Source: Podarcis tiliguerta
Taxonomy: Eukaryota
Length of the DNA stretch: 64,000 nt
NCBI GenBank assembly: GCA_965153285.1
Contig: OZ229112.1
Direction: 5' to 3' (one strand)
Shown: positions 33,993-46,885 of the stretch, piece by piece
Position numbering within the stretch: the first letter of the stretch is position 1
Layout of the letters: the number at the start of each line of letters is the position of its first letter
The notes under the pieces: model-generated
What the model was told of the DNA's origin: nothing
What the model saw: the letters and a program-made list of their open reading frames with translations, nothing else
The model's database searches: none
Position numbers and translations under genes: made by a program

Positions 33993-34904
33993 CCTATGTT
34001 ATCCTCTTTTTGGTGCCAGGTGAATACCTTTTAAATCTTAAAATCTATTCAGGTTGGATTTTTTTTTATGCTGTTGTGAGCTTGTTATATTGATGTTTGT
34101 ATCTGCTTGTTTTATGGTTTTAGACATTTCCATTTTATGGTTTTATTTGTGTGTTTGTTTGATTTTAATTTCTGCTGCAAGCAAGAGAGTTGTGAAATAA
34201 ATAGCGAATGACTAATATGTGGGGGGCATTTTAGTCAATTGAACTTGTAGAGATAAATCCCTACGCTAATAATAGAGACCACATTGGTTTGCATTATAGA
34301 AAACAAAATCATCACGATGCCAATAATCACAGGGCAACAAACAATTTCTTTGTCCGTTGCTAAGGCTATGAGATATTTAGATACCTTAATTGCAGATTGC
34401 GTTTTTTAGCTGGTGGTCAAATAGCCCCCAATGAAGTTTCATCCAGTATGCAATTCCAAAACTATATAGGAAACACCTGTTGATCAGTAGCTGCGTGTTT
34501 GTTGGCCTTGTGTGGTTTTAAAATAATTCAAGATGGTTTTAAGATTGGTTGATTGGTTTTTCAGATGTTGCATGGACAAAATCCATTTCACTTTGCTTGA
34601 CTTATTGCTCCATTTGTTCCTTGCCATAGTGTGAGAAGTGCTGAAGCTGACCTTTTTCCAATTCCATAATTTCCCTTTGAGGCTTAAAACTAGAGGAGAG
34701 CTTTTTAATGCATCCCTGCCAGGGAGCACAGTCACTTCTATTGAACTTCATCATGTTGGGACAAGGGAAGATTTTAATGTATGTGAGACCTTATTTAACC
34801 TAGCTTTCCCCAATGCTTGAAACTTTAACAGTATACAAACCTTTAAATAACTGTTCACACTTGTTTGTGCTGATTTCTTTAAAGGAAATGGCAAGCCACA
34901 CAAG

Positions 34905-35135
34905 CCACCAACTTGGATGGCATTAAAAGAGGATTAGGCAATCTCATGGAGGATACAGCTGTCAATGGCTACTAGTCACAAGGGCTTTGTACTACTTCCG
35001 CTCTAAGAGGCAGTATGCTTCTGAATGCCAGTTGCTGCGAACCACAAGTGGGAAGAGTGCTGCCACAGTAAGGGCCTGCTTGCAGGCTTCCCACTGACAT
35101 CTGGTTGGCAATGTCTCAACATGATGATGGTCTTT
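34905..35135 (+). mobile_element. CR1 LINE 3' fragment
   Basis: aacttggatggcattaaaagaggattag...tcaatggctactag...ctgaatgccagttgctg. Confidence 0.65.
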
Positions 35136-37024
35136 GGCAGGATAACTTTCTGTGGAGCAACCCACAGCTTTTTAAGTACTTCACTCGTAATACCATGTTA
35201 TTCCGAAAGCAGATTGATTCTTCAGAGCTCCTCTGCAGAGTTCTTCCTGCCATTTTCATTTCCTCAATAAAGATTGTCTGTCAGAGCTATTCACTAAGGA
35301 AATCCCATTTATTCACATCAAGATACAAACTGTTGATTCTGTCTGTATTATAACAATAGCTACAATTGCCGTATGGAAAAATAACCCTGTGGTGGAGTTA
35401 AAAGTTACGGAACTCCTGAGTGAAGCACTTACTGGACTATAGGAGCAGCTGCATACTAGCCTATCCAATTTAAGTGTCTCAGTTATATGTAGTTTCCATT
35501 CTGTTTTTCTGCTCTAATTCTTGCAGCCCACAACGCATAATTAGATTACCTCTATGTAATAAGTCTGAATACAAGAAAAAGATATTGCTATTTGAACAAT
35601 TGTACCAAATTCCTAGAAACTGTCATTTCAGTGAGTTGTTTGTAATATATTTAAGCTGAGAAGTATCAGATCTTACAAACTTGTGTTGCAATTTGAGGCT
35701 TTCTTGAATAATTATGTACTTAAGATAATCCAAGGATCTTTTTACCAGGCCGTACAGATAATAGTACTTGAATGCATCTCAAAATTGATGCTTTTATCCA
35801 GCTCTTAATTCACCAGTAGAACTTTCATAATTCTTCCTAGCTGTCATGAGAAATTAAAGAGATGCCCTCTATATATTTACTGCAGTAACTGATGATCTGC
35901 TGGTAGTGGTTGGAGAGGTTTATAGAGGCATTTTCAAACTGTCCCATACAAAGATTGGCAACTTCTTAAGTCATGTTGAATCTATGGCAATACTCTTGCT
36001 TGCCAGTACAATTTTTCATTAGAATGGGAAAATATGTTGGTCCAAATAAATTTAAGACAGTGAAAAAATAAAATGAGGAGGGTAGTAGTGATGTTGGGAC
36101 ATCATCTTTCAAATTCATTCTGTTAGGACCTCCTGTTGTGTGATGCTGATATCCTGTAATTTACTGATAAAAAAGAAGTCTTTAATGTGGGATTTGAGCT
36201 TGGCAACCCCTGGTCTTGGGGGTGGGGGGTGGGGACCCTACATATTTAGAGAATGACTCATATGTGGAATTGCAGCCTGCTTGGTGGAAAAAATACCACT
36301 CTGTGGATTTTAGTCAATATATAACATTTGATGTTTTGATTAAGTAAATATCCACAATCACTTTATGGAATAGAGGAAGGCATTGCTCAGATGTAAGGTA
36401 GCATTGATGCTGGGTCCCATTTCTGGAACAGGATCACAATCGCATGAAAAATAGAAATACATACCCTATAATTGTTTATAAATCTTTCACAATCATGTCT
36501 GCTCCAGATAACAATACTACATTCCCTTATCAGCTGGTGCAGTAATAACGTTTTCATCGCTGAAAGTGTTATCATTTTATTCTGCTGACACTGGTCTGAA
36601 GTCTATTGTGTTTGCTTTTAAATATCAAGCAGAGCAATCCAAGCGGTTCTTCAGTATTTGATAAGGTTTTTTCCCTAGTAAGTGTGCTTAGGTATTGCAG
36701 CCTGGCTCTTTCAGAACCAATTTGCAAGAAACCTGGACAAGTGGCTTGGACAAGGGGAATGAAAGTAGAAGTAGGCTAAAATAGCCTGTTCATTGCAGAG
36801 ATGGGGAGTCTGTGCTCCTATACATGTTGATGGGTTACCACTCACACCATCCCTGACCGCTGACCATGGTGGCTAGAACTGATGAAGGTCAAAAAACATT
36901 CGGAGGGCCACAGATATCCCATCCCTGGTATACTACACAACATGGTAGGGTTCAGCTCTTTCTGAAATAACCTGAATCTATGACTCCTACTACATTTGAA
37001 TAATTCTTATTCTTATTTTTAGTA

Positions 37025-37228
37025 AGGTAAAGGTAAAGGTAAAGGACCCCTGGATGGCTAAGTCCAGTTGAATTTGACTATGGGGTGCTGCACTCATCTC
37101 TGCTTTCAGGCTGAGGGAGTTGACATTGTCTGCAGACAGCTTTTCTGGGTCATGTGGCCCACATGACTAAACCACTTCTGGTGCACAGAACACCGTGCCG
37201 AGTGCCAGAAAGCATGAAAATGCCTTTA
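37025..37228 (-). mobile_element. 5'-truncated Sauria SINE
   Basis: (ACCTTT)n tail, core motif, TSD atttttagta (37015-37024, 37233-37242). Confidence 0.8.
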
Positions 37229-38222
37229 AAAAATTTTTAGTAGAGCATGCTGGGCAGGTACCTCCTCTAGGTAGCATGTCACAATCTACATCCTCTGCAT
37301 GTCACTTAGTTCGCTTATATAATCCACAAAGGAGAGCTATTTTTATGATGTCTAGGTTTTTCCCAAACTCTGTTTTATTTTTGTAACTGTTTTTATCTTC
37401 AGCTTCCATTGGAAACACCCACACAATTGGCCCTGTTGACATGGTTGAAAACCTTTAAATATCACAACTGTGACTCCATGAAAAAAGCAGTTTTCACAGT
37501 GTGATTTTAATTAGTGCCGCACTGAATTTTCATATGGCTTGATTTTTCTTTTAAAATGTGGCATTTAGGATGGAGGACAAAGCTTTCATCAAAAGACAAG
37601 TCACTACTTGCAAAGAATCCAGAAAACTATTTTATGAGCCCCATAAGTAATCTCAAGCATTGCAAAAGGAATATACTCAAGAATAGGTATCAACATCATC
37701 TAGCACATATTCAAGGACATTTCACATTTCTTATTAGCATTTCTTATTTTCCGTGAAAACTAATTAGTATAATTTATCAGAATAGTAACAATATTAAATT
37801 ATTTTTAAAAATTCTACTAATAAGAATTTTACTTTTTTAAAATGTAAGATCATATAGATTCTATTTACAAAACATTTTTCTCCTTCATTTTTCAGTTAAG
37901 AATGTACAGGGCAGCTAATAGCAAACATTGGGTTGGATACTGTTCAGCACAGTCCTAACTGGTATCTACTCAAAAGCTGATAGGTTGAATTCATGGAATT
38001 ATCAAATTGGTGATGTTGTCTTGGGGGGGGGGCATATTGAGTATTTTTATTGTGAGCTACTTTGAAAGAACCTTAGTCCTGAAACTAGTAATTTTTTAAA
38101 AAAGCCACATTGCTTAAACAAAATAAATGAATAAATAGGTTCCCAAAGAATGGGAGAGACAGGGAAAGTATGGTATAATACAAGAACAATCTATTAGAAA
38201 GAGTCAGTAGATGACTACTCAC

Positions 38223-38334
38223 TGGTATGCAGTACTCCACCATCGGGTAATGTAATTTATGACCCTTTGCTGTACGACCAGAAAAGAAACAACTCTGACA
38301 GACATCGTAGTTGAAATGTTTCAGGCTCCGATAT
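38223..38334 (-). CDS. UTRN: UTRN exon (DMD exon 69 equivalent, 112 nt), ZZ zinc finger
   Basis: ttcacag|A TAT CGG ... ATA CCA|gtgagt; [37 protein letters not shown]. Confidence 0.96.
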
Positions 38335-38833
38335 CTGTGAATGTAATGGAAAAATAATGAAGGCTCCATTTTAAGGAAATCTTAACCACTTTGTAGCCCA
38401 TCTCCATAGGCTCTGAAGCTTGAAGTAGATCTCCACACAACCTTACTGTTTGGGCTCACCATCCTAAACCTTTACCCCACTGTGTTACTATTTGCCCATC
38501 ATCCTATTGTAATTACTACACACTGCAGTGTTAGCAGTTCTTATATTGCGATATGTTAAGGAACCCAAATGAATGGGAGCAAGCACAGTGAACTGCATCC
38601 AGATTTTGCTCATGCCACTCCTACTGGTGGAAAGGTGGAAAGTGATTCTCCCTATTTTCCTCTTCCCTCTGCAGTCCCCAGCAGAAAGGGGTGGGGATTA
38701 TAGGGGGAAACCACCTTCCAATTCCACTCCACATTCCATTAGTAAGATTACTCTGCTAGATCAGAAGTTTTCTGCAGACAGAAGGAACGCTTTTCATTGC
38801 TGGGAAACAAAGTCTGGACCCAGTCTTATCAAG

Positions 38834-38893
38834 TCTATCTATCTATCTATCTATCTATCATCTATCTATCTATCTATCTATTTATTTATCTAT
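38834..38893. repeat. (TCTA)n microsatellite
   Basis: Imperfect tetranucleotide run. Confidence 0.9.
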
Positions 38894-41800
38894 CAAACAT
38901 GCTTTTATGCTGCTTTTCAATAACTTACTTTTCAGAGCAGTTCAGAACAATAACAACAAGTACAATCCATTAAAAGCAATAAAATGCATAAAATAAAACA
39001 CAATTTAACAACCAAAAGTTCAATGGTAGCAAGATAAATCCTCAATACCTATAAGCAAACAAAGGTATTATTTTTCAAAGATTTTATGTGGGTCTACGAG
39101 GAAACAAATGTAAGACTTTGGATTAAAAATTCCTCAAATCTTTGGAACTGACTGTTGTTATGGTTGTCCCCTCCCTGACATAAATAGTAGGTACAGGGAT
39201 CCATATTTGTCTTGGGATCGTGGCAGGGGTGGGTGGGTAAGGATGCCGTAGTCATTTGCCCCTCACTGGAATCCTGATTCCCCACCCAACTATTCATTCT
39301 TTTTATTATTATTAAAAAAAACCACTCATGGAATTGCTACACATCTGAAACTGCCACAACTAGTGTAATTTTTACGAACAGGATATTGAACTGAGTAGAA
39401 TCTTGATCAAAATCAGATAAACAGTTTTAATGAAATCTAAGTGGAAGCACTGTTTTGTGTGGCCCATGTTTCATTATTTATTGGCTGGCACAACAAGACA
39501 CAATCATATTTAAAATATTGTTACTGTTATTATTTAGATTTATTACCTACGCACCCTTCACTTTAAGGTTACAGGGCAGGTTAAAATGGTTTAAAGCAGT
39601 TCAAAAACATACAATTTGCCCAAGAAGAAACATGGCCCTCTGGATTCCTTATCCCTGCTCTACATAAACAACAACTTTAACTAGACCACAGCATACTAAT
39701 AACTCCTACTAATTATACTAATAAATGTGAAGAATCTCATTTTCGCTGTACCTTTCAGATATTAGGAAATACATAATCTTTATCTGCTTTAAAGTTTATC
39801 TGGCTTTTAGTCTCATTTCTGTAAACAATTCTCAGTGCAGCTCACAGCATCTTAAACCAATGATTCAAAGTAAAATAAATGAAAAACAATGGGTGATAAT
39901 CCAGTGTTAGTCAAACTCAGAGTAGCCAAAGAGATGTGAAGACCCATTTGTGAATAACAATTTATGCCTTGCTTTTTCCTTCTTCTCATGCACATAAAGG
40001 CATATAGCCACATTATATTTCCATAACTATGTTTACCATGTTACTGATTCTAATGTAGGTTAAAAAAGGGAAAGAAGCACTCTTATTCTCGTTTCCAAGT
40101 GCTTAAGGCGCAATCCCAATGGTCATACTCCAAGCTCTGCCAATTAACCACTTATTTAAACAATGTATATGCCACTATTATATATATAAAGTATTTGGAA
40201 ACTATGTGATTTAATATTTTAAATCAAGGCAAGGAGTGATCAACTGTAGGTGATTCAGGCTGTGGATGAACCACTTTATGTGATGCTGTCATCTATTGAG
40301 TAAAAATCTTTCAGCTTTTATTTTGGAGGGCCCAAAGTTTTTTCCCCTGAACCTCTGAAGTCCAAAAATACAATATGGGAACAAGTGTACAGGGTTGTGC
40401 CATCAAGAGGCAGGGAGGAGTATATGGACTCAATGAAAGGCAACACATTTCTAAAGACTAACAACAAGTGACAGCATATAGAAAGCTGATCTACCCGTGC
40501 TATACAGCTGTTCACTGAATCTCAAAATGACTGTCAGAGACATCCAGCAATATGCAAATTTAACGTCAGAAAGTGTCAAGTGACTAAGACGAACACCTGA
40601 GAAGGAAGCATTCATTAATTGTAGCATTAATTGTAACCTGCCTTGAGAAAACTGTTTTGATAGGCAGCATATAAATGCCTATATAAATAAATAAAGTGAT
40701 TGACAGCTAACACAATTAGTTCTTGACCCTTACATGTGTTTGGGTGACAAGCCTAGTACGAGTTCTCATTATGGCTCGGAAATTTCCTACTGGGTTGTAA
40801 CAATTACACAGTTGTGAAATCAGTGGAGAACATGTGAAGGAAAGACCTTAGGTTTCCTATTGTCACGATCAATCGAAGAATCATTTTACATATAGATGAC
40901 AGAATTAGAGAAGCAAAATATACTCTTTCTCTCTAATAAATTCTGTGGAGCAGAAGATAGAACTGGTGATACGCATTGCTATATATCTACATTCGTTCAA
41001 CATTAAAATGGCATTTAAAGAACCTGAGGCTTTGCTTTCTTAAAAACAAACTTAGAAAGGGCTTTTTATACTTTACCTTAGTGTTCAGTGGCAATCTCTA
41101 ATGATGCAGGTAGATGATAATAATTATAATGAGCAACAGATATCAGAAATACTAGATTGCTCTTCTTGTAGAAGGCAGATTATATTCTTTTGTGTAACAG
41201 ACATGTTAAGGCAGTCCATGCTACAGTAGATAGATTGCCATCTAGGTTTGAGAGTGATTGCTTTAGTCAATTCTATCTCGTTTTGGAACTTTTTATAGCT
41301 AGATTTAATGCAGATGTCTGCTATTTTTGTTTTCTGATGCATGAATATATGTTTATAATTTAGAGAATTACATTTAGAGATGCTGAACCAGCTGTTTCAA
41401 CATTTTATGTGGAGCCCTGTTTTTCATGACCTCCACTGTAATATCACATTGGCCATATAATTCACCTTTATGAGGAGATGCAGTAAAATTCAGCTCACTG
41501 CAGTACAAAAATTGCCACATTACTTTCTGTGCTCTCAGTGTTAGTGTTCTTTCAACTTCTCTTTAGTTCAAGAGTGAGACACCAGTGGCCCTCCAAGTAT
41601 TGCTGGACTCCACCCATCACCCCTGAGAATTGACCACGTTAGCTGAGGCCAATGGGAGGTTGTAGTCTCAGCTTGCCAAGCCTGCTTTAGCCCAGTCTGT
41701 TTTGCTATACTTTGCCTTCTCAAAACAGAAAAAGCAACAATATATGCAACTCGGGTTCCTGCCTTAAAATGGCGGAATAATTTTTTTAAAGCAACCTGAA

Positions 41801-41984
41801 GATGTCTTGCACAATCCAAAAGAATGAAACAGAGAAAATATGCATTCTACCAGATCTTATGTGAGAAGATTAATGGTTTTGTAGCAGCACTTATGTAAGT
41901 AGGATATGTGGTAGTTCAGGGCTCAGCAGCCTTTATTTGACTAGGCCACATGTGCCATTTGGGGGGAGGGGCATGACCAGACCC

Positions 41985-42130
41985 AGGTTTGGTGTAGTGG
42001 TTAGAGTGTTAGACTAGCACCTGGGAGCTAAGGGTTTGAATCCCCACTTGTCCATGAAGCTCAACTGGGTGACCTTGGGCCAGTTACAGCCTCTCGGCCT
42101 GACCTACCTCACAGGGCTGTTGTGGATTGA
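41985..42130 (+). mobile_element. MIR/CORE-like tRNA SINE
   Basis: tggtgtagtggttagagtg A box, ggtttgaatccc B box, gtgaccttgggc core. Confidence 0.65.
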
Positions 42131-42345
42131 ATCATGTATGCCATCAGGAGAAAAAGATGGGTTACAAAATAGACAAACAGACCATGTGGACGTGGCCCAA
42201 TCAAAAGAGGGTGGGGGCAGTTTAAAAGCACCCCTCTCCTCACAATCAGGAACCAAAGAAAATTTAGATTTCAACAGTTTTTAAGTGCAAGCCACCCACT
42301 TCTCTTCCTTCTCCTCTTAACATGTAAATGATTTATTCTGCTTAC

Positions 42346-42512
42346 CTAAAGCCGACAATTGGGCATTCCTTGCAGATATTGCACTTCGCCTGATGCTTTG
42401 CTGTTTCTGCAGCTGCCACTCTGTGTAGAACAGGCAGCCACACCATGGACTGCGGCTCGAGATGCATCCAGTCTATGAACTGCTTTACATCGATTTCTGG
42501 CTTGTTGTTATT
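42346..42512 (-). CDS. UTRN: UTRN exon (DMD exon 68 equivalent, 167 nt), start of ZZ zinc finger
   Basis: ttattag|AAT AAC ... TTT AG|gtaagc; [56 protein letters not shown]. Confidence 0.96.
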
Positions 42513-43002
42513 CTAATAAATGAAAACCAGAATAGAAAATATTTGAATGTTCATTTTAAAACTTATCCACCCTCACATTTTTCTTCTTCTTAAAGAAACT
42601 TGGATCTTTCCCAACTGGGGGTCCCCACAGCAATGATACTGTGACTAACACTGAAGTCATCGGAGCACTCCTGCTACCAATATTCAATTAAGTAAAGATG
42701 ACAATAATCAGCTTTCTGCTGCTGATGGCACACTGAGTACGCCATCATGATTTATTTGGGTCAGAGTGACAAAACTGATTGGTTTTTTTTTACTCCAGTT
42801 CATAGAAAAATTCCTTTAATATAATTATCTGCATGAAGCTTTAGTAGTTGTATTTAGTATTATAGATCTGTGACATCATCCCTCCCCATTTTTTCTTTTT
42901 AAAAAGGTGGTTTCTGTAAATTCCAGAGCTGGCCCAAACAGAAGAGTCTGAGTAAGTCAAGAGATACATTTAAATCTGCTAAAGGAAAGCTAAAGTTACT
43001 AC

Positions 43003-43160
43003 CTGCTGAAAACAGCTGCGGACGCTGGGTTCTATATTACTGCCTCCGAAAGCAGCTACTTCACCAAGTTGTCGTGGAATTTGGATGGCATCATGAAGCA
43101 ATAACCCAAGCTGCCTCTGATCACACATTTCTGTAGGTCCTGCCACTTCCTTAAAGAGAT
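43003..43160 (-). CDS. UTRN: UTRN exon (DMD exon 67 equivalent, 158 nt)
   Basis: attccag|AT CTC ... CAG CAG|gtagta; [53 protein letters not shown]. Confidence 0.96.
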
Positions 43161-43647
43161 CTGGAATGCAGGCAAAGAAGGGAGGCTTTGTTTGCTTTTA
43201 CATTAGCAATTTTTAGAAGTAGCAATTACCATTTCTGCATATGTTCAAAATTCCTCTTGTTTTCCCCTGGTTTATTTTTGTCAGTCATTGCATCAGTGAA
43301 GTTGGCATAACTTGATATAAAATATACCCCTCAATAAACTATACTGACCCTGGTACTATTCCTTATCTTAAATGTAACTTGGAAGGCATGAGTTACTATT
43401 TTGACCTCCTGATCTTGTGTTTCCAGCAAAGTCTAATCATCACCTCCTGTAGGAGAGAATGAGGTTTTGTACAGATACTGGAATTTTTCCTCCAAAAGTA
43501 AAGTCATGATTCAGGAAACACACAAGATAACTAGTTAATCATTTAACATTAGGGTAATGCCCTTTCAAACTGGGTATGGTACACAAAACCCATCTCAAAA
43601 TATCCCTCCCTTCTCCAAAAGGATACCTTGGTTCAAAATAATACTTA

Positions 43648-43907
43648 CCGTATTTTTTGCTCTATAAGACTCACTTTTTCCCTCCTAAAAAGTAAGGGGA
43701 AATGTGTGTGCGTCTTATGGAGTGGATGCAGGCTGCGCAGCTATCCCAGAAGCCAGATCAGCAAGAGGGATCGCTGCTTTCACTGTGCAGTGATCCCTCT
43801 TGCTGTTCTGGCTTCTGGGATTCAGAATATTTTTTTTTCTTGTTTTCCTCCTCCAAAAACTAGGTGCGTCTTATGGTCTGGTGCGTCTTATAGAGCGAAA
43901 AATACGG
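43648..43907. mobile_element. Tc1/mariner (pogo/Tigger-like) MITE
   Basis: TIRs CCGTATTTTTTGCTCTATAAGAC / GTCTTATAGAGCGAAAAATACGG flanked by TA. Confidence 0.85.
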
Positions 43908-45800
43908 TAATCTCCCAGATGTTCAGTGGTTGGGGAGCTCAAAGTTCCACTGTGAACCACCTCTGTGCTCCTCGATGCTCATCCCTTTGCCTCACTATGG
44001 ACCAAGGAATGGGTGAGAGAGACTATGCCTTGGCTGGTTATTGATGGGGAGAGGGTAACTCTCAAACAAAAGGCACAGTCCTTGATCCACTAATATTGTA
44101 ACTGCTGTCTGAAAGTAGCATCTACGCTTTCATTTCAGGTAATAAACCAATCTTTCTTTTTTGCTGTTGTGTGAACTTGGGGCATAAGATTAAAGGTAAG
44201 CACGTTTTATAGTGAGTGCACGTTTACAACAAAATAAGCCAAACCTCTTGGGAGTGTGAACAGGAATACATGTAAGTACTAAACATACACGTGGGTTCAT
44301 ATGCACACCTCTTAACACAACCAGGATGATCTAGGAGACAAAAGTTCACCTGGAGGAGCAAAGTCAATGTCAGCCACACATTTTGTCTGCCTGAGAAGGT
44401 CATCTAAAATTTGTGAACTCCTAGAAAGAGGTTTTGTTTTAAAATCTTTACCTTCTAAAAGCACTAAAGTAGTGGAATTTATTGATGCATAGTACTTAGA
44501 AGACAGACACATACACAGGACTCAAAATGATTGATTTTTGTTAAGAAACCTGAAGTAAGACAGTCAAGTTGATAGCTTTTAAGCAAAGAACAAAACCTAG
44601 CTTGTTTAAATTTACAATAATATTAGCCTTTATTCAATTCTATGGATCTCAGATCCACAGCATCGGTATGAATACAACAGCATTAAACATCTGTTTTAGT
44701 TACACAGAAGACTGCATGTTCATCTTTAGAATAATTTTTAAACAATAGATGCTATCTCCACAATTTAAAAAGCTAATCCTACTGTGAACAGCAAGCATAA
44801 AAACTAGCTTGTAAAAAGGACTGTAGAGTTACAAGTTCATGTTCTTGGGAGACCATTCAGGCATGCCTTCTGCAGGATTTTCCATTAACATCAGACTTTC
44901 ACTTAAGTCATTCTCAAGAATTCAACTGTAACAGCTAAATTGTACACAGTTGAAATATATGTGAAAACTACTGTGATTTCTTGAGTCACCTGGGGAAGAA
45001 ATAATGGTTTTAAGTTTTGACCCTATTACATGCTAGTTAAGACATTTGCTTTTTGACAGTAAGGTTCTGGAAAGTCACCATGGAAGAAAGAAATACAATT
45101 GGCAACTAGGAACACGTGGGTATGGATGGAAAACCATTACCTGTGTTCCTCTAGATGTTGGACAGCCAGTTCCCATATGTACAATCAACTGCCAGATGTG
45201 ATGGGTGCTAGACAACATCTGGAGGACCACAAGATCTCTCATCACTGCATTTAAGTAAGTCCTAAAACACTTTGACCTTGACACTGATGGCCTTGGGCAT
45301 TACAGCACATTTTCAATGCACATTTCATTTGAAAGCTGGCTTGGTTGAGAATGAAGCTGAAATATTCCCCAAGATCAAATATTAGAGCAAAAGGCGACTG
45401 TAAAGTCACCACATCTAGCATAGTGGCGCTATACCGGCATGTTCTTTTGCAGTGGTGTTATCACACAACTGCACCTGCTTCCATCAACTCTGGTTCACTC
45501 CTCACTGCTTGCTGCTTCCATAAATTAAATATATGCATGTTCTGTTTGTGCTGTTTATCACAACAATGAGCTAATCATTCTAAACTATGCAGAACAATTA
45601 ACGTTTCTAGTCCCTCTGCCCAAACGTGACATAATTGACAGCTCTTGCTGGAATTGAGTACCTGAACCTCACTCTGCAGACATGTTCCTGTAATATAATG
45701 GTCACTGACTTTTGGCAACATTATTGCTAAGCATTTTGGCGCGATAAAACCATATTACGATATTGCTTAAAGAAAATGGGGGCGTTCTCATAATACTCAC

Positions 45801-45886
45801 ATCTATACTTCTCCTCAAGAAGGCCCTTAGAAAGAGACATCAAGCCAATCTTCAGGGACTGCACTCTGATTTTTCCAGTTCGGCCA
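45801..45886 (-). CDS. UTRN: UTRN exon (DMD exon 66 equivalent, 86 nt)
   Basis: ataacag|T GGC CGA ... AGA T|gtgagt; [28 protein letters not shown]. Confidence 0.96.
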
Positions 45887-46645
45887 CTGTTATGAAAGCA
45901 ACATTAAAATACTTGGCAGGTGGTAGTGTAATTTCATTCCAGCACTAAAACAACTGACAAGCACACCTGGTGTATTTCAATTCTTAGACATTAGCTGCTA
46001 ATCGTGTCAATGAATCTCCTTTGCAAATATTCCACAGTACAGGCACTAAATATTTACATTCTGTATAAACATTTCATATTAATTATAATATATTGAAGTT
46101 TAGGAATGTAGCATCACAGCATGTTCTAATAATGGGATATACACAGTTGCACGCAGCTGGGAGCCACATTACACAGTATGTAGCAGACAGAAGTTATATT
46201 ATCTAGAGATACATTAATATTTTTCAGAACATTGTTTCCCTAGTCTGTGTTAAAAACACTTTGATGTATAGGTACAATTGGGCATAAAAGCTAGACATAT
46301 GCAGCAATTAGATAACAAAGAGTGTCTCTTTTATCTGAGCAGTGCGACTTCAGGCTCATGCAGCCCAATTTTTATAAAAACATAATGGCAGCATAATGGG
46401 CTACAAAGGATGTGTTTTTAAAGCCGTAAGGAAAATACTCCTCAAACACTTAAGAAACAGAGAGGACAATTGCTCTTGAAAGTTAACATAGCACATGGGA
46501 TTAACAGAAGATTTGCTTGGGGCAACCACCTCTGGGACAAAAATCTACAAGCACAAGAGTTAGTCCAGACTTTGCTTCAGTGAGGAGATGGTACATATTT
46601 CTAAACCTTCTGAATATTTCACAATTACCTAAGTAACTATCTAAA

Positions 46646-46885
46646 CCAGCGGGTCCTAAACTCTCCCACCTCGCTGCCCCATGGACCACCTGAAAATTGC
46701 TGATGGTCCCCAGATGTTGTTGACTGCAGCTCCCATCATCCCTGACCACTAGTCATGCTGGCTAGGAATTATAGGAGTTGTAGTCCAACAACATCTGGGG
46801 ACCCACAGGTTGAGAAACACTGCTGTAGACCATCTGAATCAAACTGGAGGACTTCCGGTGGTTCACAGGCCACAGTTTTGGAACC
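46646..46885. mobile_element. Nested hAT-like non-autonomous elements (ctcccatcatccctgaccact family; related copies ~36803-36927, ~41570-41680, ~45150-45250)
   Basis: Recurrent palindromic core cagatgttg...ctcccatcatccctgacc...ggagttgtagtccaacaacatctgg. Confidence 0.55.
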
